Of a DNA stretch of 64,000 nucleotides, positions 28,119-41,750 are shown one piece after another. The notes below the pieces were generated by a model that saw only the letters and a list, made by a program, of their open reading frames with translations, had not been told where the DNA came from and did not search any database. The stretch comes from Epiperipatus broadwayi. Its lineage: Eukaryota; Animalia; Onychophora. The position numbers and the translations under genes were made by a program. Numbering within the stretch: position 1 is the stretch's first letter; every line of letters begins with the position of its first letter. The DNA is taken from positions 10,044,001 to 10,108,000 of the forward strand of contig JAQFVV010000007.1 in assembly GCA_028023455.1 (NCBI GenBank). The letters run 5' to 3'.

Positions 28119-28210
28119 CATTTCTCAGTGTTTCAATGTTAAATTGTCTATCATCTTCAGAATTCATTTCTCAGTGTTTCGATGTTAAATTGTCTATCAT
28201 CTTCAGAATT
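28119..28210 (-). repeat. 46-bp tandem duplication spanning a hammerhead-like core
   Basis: Unit on the minus strand: aatt CTGAAGA t gat agacaatttaac at(c/t) GAAA cactgagaaatg, present twice. Confidence 0.8.
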
Positions 28211-29379
28211 CACTACTCATCTCAAATAAAATATTGATTTTTATTTATTTATTTATATATAACATAGTTGATGTGTACAGGGGTTAGATTGACTTAAACC
28301 ATTTGTACAGGCATTAAATTATTTTAGGAATAATACTTAAGGAAAGTTTTCAATTTAACAATTTTATTTGTCTATATAATATTAGTAAATTGTGAGTATT
28401 TGTTGAATTTTATAAATTAATTTAGTCTCAATCATGCGAACACAGTTCTTTATAGTGTTGAGTCATAAATCTGAATTAATTTTATTATAGTATTTTATTT
28501 CATTCTGTTAACTCTTCTCCATTAACTTTTCACTGCATACACTGTTGCACCATACTAATTGCATTACATACTGTACACTGTGCTGTTCTCTTATGTTTTC
28601 CAATAGTCAATATCTTTTTTACACGACTTAATTTGCATTAAATAGATTCCTTACTGTTCCTTGCAAATTAGTATATCCAAGTTAATTTTATATTTGCATA
28701 AATTTTACTTATTATGCATATTAGTTTTTTCTAGAATGAATCTTTCATGTCTTTTATATTGATTAATTTTACATGCCCACACCCATGCAATTTTCTTTTC
28801 TTTATATATTAGTTTATACAGTTTTTGTAGCCAAACTCTTCTATGACTATATGATCACCAATATAAGATTTTTGATTTCAGGCATATAGGGCTTGTCAAA
28901 TTGTTGTAAGTTGTGTATTTACTAGAAGAGATATCTGATCACAAATTTTTATAGATGCTATCATTTAAAACAGTCTATCCTTTTTGATATAAATTGTTTG
29001 TAGGAATCTATCAAAAAGTACAGTATATGAAAATTTATTATAAGATTTTTATGGCTCAAATTTCTTCTTATTTCTTAATTTTTATTATAATTTATGATTT
29101 TTTTTTTTTTACCTTTTAGGGTATTTAGTCGAACTTCTTTATTTAATAGTAATTTTTAAAATTATTTCTGTATATAAAGCTTTTTTTTTTTTAGAAGTTA
29201 GCATTAAAGCACAACGGCAAACATTTTAAATTAGGTTTTTGCAATGCAGTTGCAAACAACTTATTATTATTATTTTTAAAGTAATTCTTAATGTCAAGTT
29301 TTACTCCTGCCATATCAAACTCTTTGTTATTGAAATATCCCCCTCTTTCTCTATCCACATAAACTTCTATATATGTATG

Positions 29380-30400
29380 ATTCCATATCTCCAAAATTAT
29401 TATAGCAATTTTGCAAGAAGTATTTTGTGGATTAAAATGGGAAGCTAAAAGAGTGAAAGTAAATGAAGATTATTTAAGTCATCTAGATGTTGTAGATGAT
29501 GTAGTTATTTTTGAAAATAATGCTTCAGAGATTCAAGAAATGTTGCAAGAGTTATCAGATGAAAGTAAGAAAGTAGAATTGAAAGTAAATGTTAAAAAGT
29601 CTAAAGTAATGTTCAATGGATTTTCTCAAAAGATGGAAATAAAGATTGATGCTGAGTTAGAAGAAGTTAACAATTGCAAATACCTTGGTCATATTATTAC
29701 TACAGATGGAAACATAATGGATGAAAGTAATTTTGTTTGAGAGTGCTTGTTATATACCTGTGTCTATATATGTAATATATAGGGTATATGAGCACAGACT
29801 TTCACACGACCCACCACTCTATCTCATAATACTGATACACTTGAACATATATTATTTCTCTTTTCGACATATGTATACAAGTGTATTAGTGTTATGAGAT
29901 AGAGTGGAGAGTGGTAAGTTATGTGAAAGTCTGTGCTCATATACCCTATATAGAAATAACTTAATTTAAAAGAAAATATGCTTATGTGTTTAAAAAAAGA
30001 AGTTTGTAATAAATGTGTTTTACCAGTTCTTACTTATAGATCTGAGACTTGGGCACTTATCAAAAGAGCAATACAGAGATTTCAGACCACTCAACAAAGT
30101 ATGGAGAAATGCATGTTAGGAATAATAAGAGATCGAAAACGAAATACTAGGGCGAGAGAACACATTGACATCATTGAAAAAATTATATTGCTAAAAGACA
30201 TGATAATAGATGGATAGTTGAAATTTTAAGCCAGATTCTAAGAGATTGTAAAAGTCCTAGAAAAAGACCACATGTGAGATGGATGAATGAAATAAGAAAG
30301 GATGCTGGAGTGATGTGGAGAAAAAAGGGTAGAGATTGGAAAAGATGGATTGAACTTGGAGCGACCTTCATCCTGTAGTGGATCGGTAATGTTTGAAAAT
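29380..30400 (+). mobile_element. RTE LINE 3' half, interrupted by a foldback insertion
   Basis: LQEVFCGLKWE..YLSHL..VDDVVIF, YLGHII, CVLPVLTYRSETW, WIELGATFILQW-like end. Confidence 0.92.
29743..29951. mobile_element. Family-A foldback (3' part only) inserted in the RTE
   Basis: Arms gggtatatgagcacagactttcac... / ...gtgaaagtctgtgctcatataccc. It splits the RTE codons for SAFGRNN. No TSD seen. Confidence 0.85.
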
Positions 30401-30524
30401 AATAAATATGATGACTTAACAACGCGCGCGCACACACAAATATCTTAAAATTAGGAAACCATAATCTCAAGACTTTATTGTTTTTAATTATGCAAGTCAT
30501 AATTCTTTTTTTTCATATATCATA

Positions 30525-30610
30525 GCATCGGCCGGGACGCGAACCCACAACCGTCTGTAACTAACTACTTACTTGCAAGGCGGCTGCGATGACCTCTCGG
30601 CTAACAACGC
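30525..30610 (-). ncRNA. tRNA-derived SINE head / tRNA-like pseudogene (Cys-like GCA loop)
   Basis: GCGTTGT TAGCCGAGAGG (A box) ... CCGCC TTGCAAG [taagtagttagttaca] GACGG ... GGGTTCGCGTCCC (B box) ... CCGATGC. A decayed relative lies at ~62452-62525. Confidence 0.7.
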
Positions 30611-32654
30611 TTGACATTATTATATATAATCACTTTTAATTTGTGAATATTGAGGTGTAGCTAATAGTTATTTCTAATCAACTAACTCGTTTTGACAGCG
30701 AAAATATCTCTCGTATGAATATCTCTTTGTTCTCCGAATTTTCTTTTAAATGTAGTTTATAATCTTTTTTTTCACAAATTGTGTAAAATTTTTTTTTGCT
30801 AAATTATGTTTTATTTTATATGCTATTTGATATTTATACGCAAACACTTTGTTAAATGTATTTAAATTGGTTAAACTTATAATAAAATTCTCTAGATGGC
30901 AGCACATAACACGAACATTCCCTCCGCCTGCTGAAAGTTCCAAAGAATTTTTTCCTTTCAAGCATTAGTTTTTAGGGATAAAAGATCTCTTAATATTAAA
31001 GAGATCTTTTCGCATTTGTAATTTCTCTCTTGTAGGAATTATTATTAATTGATCATATATTTTTAATCCTGCACATCTTTTCTTTTTAAATATCTTGTTA
31101 AGTATACTTTTTTTCCAACTTAAATCTGCTTGGGTTTGAATAGATGTTTATTTATTAAAGCACAAAACATGCTTTTAATTTACAAAAGAAAATCATAAAC
31201 AATTTAATAATTTATAAAGTATAAAATAATACATTAAAATGATAAAATATTTATTAACAAATAAAAAAGAAAAGCTATCTAAGGAACAACTTTAAAACTG
31301 TATTTGAAAATAAAGAAAATTTTTAAATTTTGTATTATAAACAAAATGAAATTTATAGTTGGATGTGATAACCAGTTAAACAGTCGATGTGAAAAAAGGA
31401 ACACGACAAAAATAGAAAGAACTGGGGATAAAAACAGTTGAAAAAGTTTTACTATCTAAAAATTCATAACAGTTTTGGAAAATTCCGATATACAGTACTT
31501 TCATTTTGCTTCTATAGCTTTGTTGCACAACCTTAGAATGCTGGACTTGACTGATCCAATATTTTTCCAAATATTGGAGATGATTCCGTTGCAAAATTTG
31601 GTTGGTACTGCATTTATATGATTCTTTTATCTTTTAAAATTACTTTCATGTAACTTGTTATATTTTATTAATATGCATTTATAAGAATTAATGAGGACAA
31701 CCAATAGTACTATGCTGATATTCCAAATCAAATTTCATGTGCTTCACCATTATTCGGTAGATAGTAATGACATCTGTCTTCAATTAGAGACAACTAGTTA
31801 ATGATTATTTAAATCAGTGTTCATGAAATTTATCATTAGCAATATGCCAATCTTTCTAACATTCTTATAGCTTAAAAACATCATAGTGGGTAAATAGTGA
31901 AAATCTGACAGTGGTATATACAACATAGTTAATAGAAGACTGGAGATAATAAGATGAATGTTATCTGAAATGAATTTGCAACATCTTGGATCCATGGATG
32001 ATGATGCAGAAAAGGGAAAAATGATAAATATTCCAAGAAATTTCAGATCATATTTCAACCAGTAACAAATTTTGTTTTTCACGTGGTTTGCTCAAATTTT
32101 GCTATTATGTGGAAATCATGTCTTTAATTATGTGAATTATTGTTTAAATGGAATTATATTATATAATGTGCTTTAATTTACCAGAGATGGTTATACATTT
32201 TTTATCATAAGGTTTATTTGTTTTTGCAAGTGGGCAAAAACATCTCAGAATGTGAACTATAACAGATTTGGTATATTGATCTGTATATTTATTTCTTTTG
32301 TACTAGTTCATTCATATAGTTTAACCTAATCAAAAGATACCAGGTGCTTAATAAATTCCACTTATTTTGGCTACTTTAGCACTATAATTAGGGTTAGAAT
32401 AACTCATTTATAGCTATCTGCAGTGATCATGTGAGAGTTTTATATTCATGTGATTATAAAAGCTTGAAATAAAATGTATATTATTGATATTAATTTCAAC
32501 TAAAACAGCTTGATGTTATTATCATTCACTGAAAAATAAAGCAAAATCAAGAGAATCAAGTCTATTGTAACTAAAAGTATTCATTGCCCTTGTACAATCT
32601 CACATTTTTGTTAAAATCTTGAAAATTGAAAATCATAAGTTTACAGATAGTTTG

Positions 32655-32790
32655 TTTACTTGTTAAATTTTATTTTTGTAAAATAAAATAAAATATTTGT
32701 TTCTTAATAAATATGTGATGTCTTTACTTGTTCACTTTTATTTTTGTAAAATTAAATAAAATATTTGTTTTTTAATAAGTATGTGATGTT
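32655..32790. repeat. 68-bp tandem duplication
   Basis: tttacttgtt...ttttatttttgtaaaat..aaataaaatatttgttt..taataa.tatgtgatgt starts at 32655 and 32723. Confidence 0.85.
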
Positions 32791-34419
32791 TCATTTAGGT
32801 TTCATTTAAATATACTTATTTTTTTGCATCAAATAAGTTAAGGAAATAGTGATAACAAAATAGAAAAGCCTACTATAAAGATTGTAGCTATTATCTTTTG
32901 CCATTGCTTTATAATTATAAGTTGAATTTTTAAAATTTTAAAGATTCAATGTAGAATGATTTAATATTTGTTGAAAAATATCATTATAGCATGAAGGCTA
33001 AAATGAAGCCTTTTACTCATCATATATTTTAGTTTATTACTCTTTTTGCTAATTTGTAAAATTAATCTAATATTTTTTTTAAAGTTGACTTTCATTTTTT
33101 AAGTTTTTTAAATTTATGCTTCTAACAAATTTTATTAAAAATGTAAATATTTAATAAACAATAAACATTTATTCATTAAAAATAAAAAGCATGAACACAT
33201 TTACTAAATAGGACACTTAAAGTTGTGAATCAATATATATATGTGTGTGTGTGAAAATAATTCCAGTGAATACCACTACCTGAAATAAATATCAAATATC
33301 ATATTCCCTCAAGCATTACAAATTTTCAGCTACTCCCTCTATGAATAAATATATTCAAGTCTACATTTATTTATAGAAAGCATAGCTGAAAATTTGGTGA
33401 TTTAATTTATATATTAGAAACAGTAATCATTTAGATAGGGTAGTGAAAATGACAGTCATAAGATATCAACTTTATAAACTTTTTTATGCCCAGCTTAAGC
33501 AGGTGTAAGTACCTTATGGTTTAAAAGTCAATTGTGGCACTTTATGACTTTCTATATGGTATTCTTAATGTTAAGAATGATTTATATCTATCTGTGAACT
33601 ATAAAAATAATTTATTCATACCAAGTTACTTATAACTAATATAATTAAGTAGGGGGCTGTACTCCCTATGCCTTTGGTGCTGATTAAATTCCATCTATCT
33701 TTTTTTCTCCAAGACACAAAACAAATAAAATAAAATGCTGATTATTATTTCTTGTTTTTTATTTATTTAACATATATTTAACATATACACACTACATTTC
33801 ATTGTTTTATTAATTTGTCAGGGCAAATTTATTATTAGAGAAGTAATTATTAATATTTTTTTATTACAGATTCTGTGTTTTTGCTTAAAAATTGTATTTT
33901 ATCTACACTATTTTGTAATTGCATACACTTAATTTTCCTTGTACACAATTTTTTTTGCATGATTTTGAAATAACATGAGTTTTTTTTTTTTTTAAAAACT
34001 CTTTCTACATGAATTGTTTTAAAATAACACAACCAGGGAAGAAATTAAAAACAAAAAAAACAACTATGTGTGTTATCATTTAATTTTTTTAAAAAAAGTT
34101 TCATGTCTTTATTTCCCATTATTTTAAAAATAAAATAAGAAAATTTTTTTGTCTGCCTTGTAACATTTTTGATGTTTTGTTTTGAAAGGGAAAGTGTCTT
34201 TTTTGGTATTGATGTTTTGTTTGCATTTTGACATTAGATTTTAAAAAGTGCTTCTTGCCGAGTGTTGATGCTATTTGTTTAAATTTAATTGATTAATTTG
34301 TTTAAATTTAATTTATTAATTTTACCAAAAATCAATAGATAGTAAGTTATACATTGGATGTTTGTTAATTGAATCTGAAATATTTTTCTGAAGCTTCATA
34401 CAATATCAAATAATCCACC

Positions 34420-36424
34420 TACAAACATGATGAGGAAAATGATCTCTTTGGACACTAAAATTCACATTTTAATCATTTTACAACTGGAGAAGCAGCAACA
34501 TTTGTAAAAAAAAGCATTTTGGTTTACATGAAGTTTACATAAGAACTATTAGAGATTATGAAGCTGCTATGAGAAAGTCAGCGTGCTTTGGAACAATTGA
34601 AGGCTAAGTTATCATTTTACACAAGAGATATTGTTAAGGAAAAAATGGAAAAAGTCTTAGTAATGTAGCTAGAAGAAACATCAGAAAAAAGAATACCAGT
34701 AGATGGAAATGCCATTAACAAACAGTACTAAAAATTTACAAACAATTTAAAAAATTAGAGCCAGGCATTTCATCTGAGTTAAACAATGCTTGTAAATTTT
34801 TTGCAACTACAGGATGGATGGCAAAGAAAGACATGCACTTCATCTGCAGATGAAATAGCTGTCAAAGAATTTCCCCAAAAATTTAGCTAAAATTATCGAA
34901 GAAATCACAGAAAATTGCTGATAGTTTCAAAGTAGCAAAAATCATGTCACTTTGGTATTCTGCTCCAATGTTTCAGGAGATTACATATTGAAGCATCTGC
35001 TTGTTAATCAAACTCAAAGACAATGAAAAGTGTAGATTTGAATAAATTGCCAGTATGCTGGATGACAAATAAAAAGGCTTAGATTACCACTGAATTTTTT
35101 TACAGAATGGTTCAACAAATGTTTTATTCTAGAAGTTACGTGATATACAAATGCTAAAGATCTAGAATTTAAAGTTCTATTGATTCTAGATAAATGCCCA
35201 AAGCCCATCTGGTCTTGGAATACCCAAATGTACAATTTTGTTTTCTATCACCTAATACCATATCCTTAATTCAAGTATTAGACCAAGAAATTATTGCAAC
35301 ATTTAAAGCTTTTTATGTGAAATGAACATTTTAATACATTTTGGAACAAACTGAATTATAAAACATGAAGTGTTATAGATATGTGGAAAAAATTTTTAAT
35401 TCTGGATTGTGTGAATCAAGTTGGATTCACACTACCTAAATTAAGGTCTTCAACTTTGAGTGGATGCTGAAAAGCTATTTGGCCAGAATGTGTTATAAGA
35501 AAAGGTCCTGCTGTCTTTAAAATGACTTAATTTTCCAACATCATAATAATGGTCCACCTAATTGGTAGAGAAGGGTTTGATGACATGTCATCTGAAGGTA
35601 TTGATGAATTTTTAGTTTATAAAGCTTTAAGTAAAAAAAGAAACCATAGAAATTGTTTTTAAAACCCCTGATCCTAAAGAAGACAAGGATAATAAAGATG
35701 ATGATTTAGTGTTAAATGCTAATGTAATTAAAGAAGATCTTGATCTTGCTAACCAATTAGGTAATTATTATGTCAAGTATGATCCTAATGAGGAATGAGC
35801 TTCAGAGTTTCAACGAGATCTGAAATCACTAATATCATCTTATAGAGAACTATATAAAAGCCTAGCCACTATACAAACCCAGATATTAATTAGTGAATTC
35901 ATTCATAAAAATGAAATATCAGCATCACAAGATATTACTGCTAGTAGTGTTATTCAGGAGTTTATAGACAAAACTTCATTAATTAATGGAAGAAGAGCAA
36001 GATGACCAAAGTATTGTTAGTGATGGTACTGATGTTGCAAGTTTTAGTGATAGCAACAACATTCTAATCATGTGCAAATGTATGCGTTTATTGTTGGAAA
36101 GTGACAACAAATAAAATCTTGCTATGTATCACTCAAATTACAAATTGTGCCTAATTTTCATATCCACTGATTTATTTATTCATTTATTTTTTATTTTTCA
36201 AATGAAATTAATATTTCTATAATTCATTTTTATTTATGTGCAAATGTTTATGAAATGAAATTTGACAGCATAAAAAAAAATATAACATTGTAATGGAATT
36301 TTTTATATGGTTTATTTTGTTGATTTCTTACATCTAGAACATCTTATTTGCCATATATGCAATGTATTTTTTTACATGTAATTTTCAAGAACCAATCTGT
36401 CATGTAAAAAATGAATTAGCTGTA
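34420..36424 (+). pseudogene. Tigger/pogo DNA transposon, degenerate CENP-B HTH + DDE_1 transposase
   Basis: MEKVLVM*LEETSEKRIPVDGNAI, FFATTGW, NKKA*ITTEFFTEWFNKCFILEV..KVLLILDK, PNTISLIQVLDQEIIATFKAFY. Putative 3' end ...gctg|ta at ~36424. The 5' TIR was not recognised. Confidence 0.85.
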
Positions 36425-36699
36425 TATTAGAATCTTATAAAAAAATTACCATAAATGTTCATAATAAAGGATTATTTGTCTATGAGGAGAAATTTAAGTT
36501 CTATTTTTTTTACATTTACAATTAAGTTACAGGTATAAGAATGCCTGTATTTCAAATCTTACACATTAAGCTTGCATTCTGCCAATCTCTCTTCTATGTA
36601 TTTAAATGGATACTGTCCTATATGTGAAGAGTCAGAGTGACTTGAGGTCAACATGGGCATAACAACAATATTGGCATCAGCATGGGATTTGGACATTCT

Positions 36700-36990
36700 A
36701 TTATCAGATTTTCAATGGTATGGATGGCTGAAGAGTTGGAGGTTGGAGGAGATTGAAACCCGTCCATTAAAGTATAAAGTTTTGCTATCGAAATATAAAC
36801 TGATTATATATGTGTGTGGGAGATAATAATCTGTACCAACTGATGAGTGCAGGTTCAGCATGAAATACATATATTGGTGATTATTTATCTTTTCTGCATG
36901 TATGTGATCATGTGTATCAGAAGTATGAGATAGTGTGGATTGTTGAAGGTTGCTTGAAAGTCTGAATTCAAATCCATTTTATCAAATAAG
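36700..36990 (+). mobile_element. Solo family-A hammerhead-bearing element (retrozyme/PLE-derived)
   Basis: Reverse complement of ~41260-41520; partly homologous to 49625-49793 and 58045-58440. Confidence 0.8.
36835..36878 (+). ncRNA. Minimal type-I hammerhead ribozyme (family A), near intact
   Basis: ACCAA CTGATGA GTGC aggttca GCAT GAAA TACATA TA TTGGT: 5-bp stem I, 4-bp stem II (one G-U), stem III ATA/TAT, AUA cleavage triplet. Confidence 0.85.
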
Positions 36991-39234
36991 TCTATAACTA
37001 TTTTATAAAATGCATTTTTTCTTTATCCCATATTTAATTGTCTAAAGGAAGTTTACTGTTAAATAATACTTATTAAAACTTTTTCAGAATACTATATATT
37101 TTGCTACAGATGCTATTTTCTGCCAGATTTTTAACAACAGTTTGCTCTTTTTTTTTAATAAGGGTGGCTATTTTAGTTACTTATTAACACTTTACATCTG
37201 AGATTTTTAATGAGCTACATCATTTAGTACTATTTCTATTTATCTTATCATTATTATATATATATATACAATAGATATCTTAAATCTATTTTTTCTCTAG
37301 TTCTGCCACCTAATGTGAGCTTAAACAATCAATAAATGCCAGATGTTGTTTAAATATAATATTTTTAGATTTGCTTATTTATTTATATATTGTTAAAAGG
37401 AAGTTGCCTTGACAACAGCTTGAAATTGTTGTTTGTTATTGGGTTTGTCTAAGTATTGATTGGTTTTTAATGAATGTTTATATATGTATAATTAGAATTT
37501 ACTTTTAAAGATAAGACAACATCTCTTATCTTTAAAAAAGCTCTATGTTATATTTGAGTTTGAGAGTAGCCTCAGTACTCAACATGACATCGTTTGAGCT
37601 ATTATAAGATCAGTATAATGTATATTTTAAAAGTGGAAATCCTTTCCCTTTTATTATCTATATATAGATAATTATAATTTTTAATATACATTTAATGTTT
37701 TTTTTATGTTCATTTTTGTGATAAAAATTTAAACTGTTTATTGTATTTGTGTAAATATTAAGAACATGGTTTAATTAAAGTGAAATCTAAGATAAAATCA
37801 TATTCATTATAGTATATAATAAGATGAGAATAATATTTTATGTATTATAACATTATGTGCCAGTGACAATCAATAATTTTCTTATGAGATCTGCAACTCT
37901 ATAAAGTTTCCCTATGTCTGGATGAGAACTTTTATCAATTTGAGCTATTGTGAATAATGTGGATGTAATGGGATGATAGTGAAATAATTATTGCAAAAAG
38001 GAATTATTGTGACTATTTGCTGCACCACACTATTTGCTTAAGCATGTATATTTTTATTTGCCAATAAAGACAACTATTTATCTGCCTACCTACTATCTAC
38101 TTACTTATCTAATATCTATCTGCTCCATCTACTTACCTATTCCATTACCTAGATACATAACTATCTATGTATCCATTTTTCCAACCACATATAATATTCA
38201 AATTAACCTTCCAAGTATTAAGATATATCGACAACGACCTCTGTGAATAAATATAAAATCTGAACTTCAAACAGCCAATTTCAAAAGACATATCTTTATT
38301 TATAAAGAGCCTTACTGAAATATCTTAATGTTTAAATGGATGATTTAAATATTTTCTATTTAATTTTCATCTAGTGTTATGCTATATACTATTTTCTAAT
38401 ATTGATATAGTGATCTACTTACCTGCTCATCTACTCACCTATTTTTAGTCCAACTACCTGCTTATCCCCCCACCTATACAACTATCTATTTATATACCCA
38501 TCTGTCCATTAAAACAGGCAAAACCCACTATATGTATTGTCACACACAGCAAGCTAGAGTAATCAATGGATGCCACACATTCATTTATCCATCCTTCTTT
38601 CTATTTTTAAAACACAGAAATTATTGTGGAATTATTGTTTAACACTAAATGATATAACTTTCTAAGATTAATTTGCCTCTTGTTATCATTAATTTCAGAT
38701 AAATATTCATACTGTGAGGTTTTTATGGCTTCAAAACCATTGTTTTCAAGATAAAAAACATTAGAGTAATTAAGCACTATTTACTTAGTTTACAGTTAGG
38801 GTCGGTTATGTCCAAAGATAGGATTGAATTCACTAATAGATTGTGCCACAATCAAGTGATAACTTTTCCTTATCACCAACAACAGTTTTCCAGCCATTTA
38901 AACAATTTTTTTTACAATCTTAATGTATATACGTACAGCTACATCATAATGTTTTATGAGATTTTTATCTCATTGGATACATATATTAGTTGTTAAGTTG
39001 TGTCAATCTCTTCATGATGCTGTAGCCTTTTATTTTTGGTGCTTAAAGACATATCTGTATGTCCTTTGCTGAAAGCAAAAGGTATCTTCATTCAGAAGTT
39101 CTGTTCTAGGTCATCACTTACATCCTTTGGGACAGTAATATGTAACATAAGTTCTATGAGCTATCTAGAGGAACGCTTGGTGATTGTGATCAAAATACTT
39201 CAGTTTATGGAGACATTTTGTTAGGGAATAATTG

Positions 39235-40075
39235 TATCTAATGTCATCATCATCATTGTCAACCTTTATCAATCCACTGCAGTATGAAGGTCTCTCCAAG
39301 TTCAATCCATGTTCTTTGATCTTTAGCTTCTTTTCTCCACATCAGCTCTGCACACTTTTTTATTTTATCCATCCATCTCACATGTGGTCTCTTTTTGGAT
39401 CTTTTACAATCTCATGGAATCCAGTTTAAGATTTCAGTTGTCCATCTATTATCATTTCTTCTAGAAATATGTCCAGCCCAACTCCACTTCAGTCTTTTAT
39501 TTTTTTCAATGTGGTCACACGTGTTTGTTCTTTTACCCATATATTGCATTTTTGATCTCTTCTTGTTGCTCCTAACATACATCTCTCCATACTTCTATGA
39601 GTGGTCTGAAGTCTCTGGATTGCTCTTCTATTAAGTGTCCAAGTCTCAGATCCATAAGTAAGAACTGGTAAAACACATTTATTAAAAATCTTTGTTTTCA
39701 AACACATAGCCATACATTCTTTTAGTATCAAGTTATTTCTACCAAAAGCACTCCAACCAAGTTTAATTCTATGATTAATACCATCCATTATGTTTCCATC
39801 TGTAGTAATAATCTGACCAAGGTATTTGTAGTTGTTAACTTTTTCTAATTCATCATAGTAAATCTTTATTTTCATCTTTTGAGAAAATCTATTGAACATT
39901 ACTTTAGGCTTTTTAACATTTATCTTTAGTTCTACTTTCTTACTTTCATATGATAACTTTTACATTATGTCCCGAAGCTCTGAAGCATTATCTGCATAAA
40001 CAACTATGTCATCTGAAAAATCTAAATGACTTAAATAATCTCCACTTACTTTTACTTCTTTAGCTTTTCAATGTA
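39235..40075 (-). mobile_element. RTE LINE 3' fragment
   Basis: YKYLGQII..RIKLGWSAFG..CVLPVLTYGSETWTLN..HRSMERCMLG. Confidence 0.93.
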
Positions 40076-40242
40076 CCAAGACATAAATTGGTTTTTTGGT
40101 TTTTAAGATACCATACCTTGGTTTCATTTGGAAAAGGATATGCATCTTCAAAAAATATTTTTTAATAAAATTCAATAATCTATGTAAGTTATGATGTAAT
40201 AAAGTACAATCACACTCTTTGAAATTTTTATTTTATATAATT

Positions 40243-40281
40243 GCTTAACTATTTCAGTTGACATGTGGCCTTCATCAGAGC
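40243..40281 (-). ncRNA. Degenerate hammerhead-like motif
   Basis: gct CTGATGA a ggc cacatgtca act GAAA tagt TA agc: stem I gct/agc, stem II decayed. Confidence 0.4.
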
Positions 40282-41244
40282 TCTGTAAAATGTTCACATT
40301 TTATTATATTACATTTCATAATATTAATGACAATACATTTTAACTTTTTTTAAATCTATCTTCTAATTTAGAAGAGTTATTCATCAATTTTGCAGCTTCT
40401 ATTTTGAAATAAACATCAACTTTTAATTGTGGATGCCATTTTAAAATCAGACTTCAATTTAAGTTCATGAAAATCCTTTTATGCAGACAAGACTTTACTA
40501 GAAAACATTGCTTTTCACATGGTTTGTTGTATGCAAGATTTTTGAGAGACATTATCCCACAGAAAAACTTAATGATGAACAAGTCATGGACGATATCATT
40601 TACCATAAATTTTTTTTGTTAAATTGTTGTAATTTAAAATTTAAAATATTTTTACTGTCATAAATATTAAATAAGTGAGCTATTTCTAGGCCTACAGCAA
40701 TTAAAAATATTACACAGGGATTCCTAATTACTATATATTTTAAATGATCAAAATTGTATATAAATATATCTTTATATATTTTTTAGTATAAAAGCAAAAT
40801 AAATTTTAAACATTAACTCTTATATATATATAAACAAGTAATAACTATAAATTTAAATATAACTATGGCCTAAAATTATATTATTTAACTGTCTCTAATG
40901 TAAACAAATTAATTATCACTTGTAATCTAATACATTTTTTATAAAATAATATATCTAATGTTATTACACTCCTAAAGAATTAAATTTATTTATAAAAAAC
41001 AATTAAACAAAACTATAAACTGAAATATAGCTTTATTTACAGTTTCGTTTAGTTTTTTTTTAAAAACAAAACAAAAACAATATAATTAATTATTTAATAT
41101 ATATTAATGTTAGATATATTATGATTATAAGGAAATGTATTGAATTACAATTTATAATTAGTGGTTATATTAGAGGCAATTAAATAACGGTTTTAGTAAA
41201 CAGCTAATATTAAATATATAGTTATTATTCATTTAATTATTTTT

Positions 41245-41750
41245 TAATTATAGGGGATTTGAACTCAGACTTTCAAGCTCCCTTCAGCTATCAATCTATC
41301 TCACATAACTGATACACATGACCACACACGTGAAAAAAATTAAATGATCTCCAATATAAATATTTCATGCTGAACCATACTCATCAGTTGGACCAGAACA
41401 TCATCTCCCATACATATGTATAATCAGTGCTCGGTTTATATTAAGATAGCAAATCTTCAGACTTTAATGGACAGGCTTTAATCTAGTTCACTCTTCATCT
41501 CTTCAGCCATCCATATCATTAAAGTCTGAAGATTTGTTATTTTAATATAAATCGAGCATTGATTATACATTTATGTGGTAGATGATGGTCTGGACCAACC
41601 GATGATTGCTGGTTCAGCATGAAATATATATATATATATATTGTAAATCATTTATCTTTTTCACATGTGTGTGGTCATGTGTATCAGTTGTATGAGGTTG
41701 GTTGGGTAGCTGAAGGGAGCTTGAAACTCCCGGTTTAAACCCCCTATAAT
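41245..41750. mobile_element. Family-A foldback with a hammerhead in each arm
   Basis: Arms ~41248-41430 and ~41560-41750 are reverse complements ending in ccctataatta. Hammerheads at 41350-41392 (minus, core intact) and ~41594-41643 (plus, U4>C and TA expansion). Confidence 0.85.
41350..41392 (-). ncRNA. Minimal type-I hammerhead ribozyme (family A)
   Basis: TCCAA CTGATGA gtat ggttc agcat GAAA tattta TA TTGGA. Confidence 0.7.

Noticed and set aside
31376-32082. Short ORFs and exon-like segments (31376-31594, 31798-32082)
   Set aside because: No recognisable domain, stops in neighbouring frames, and no consistent exon chain; probably old TE debris.
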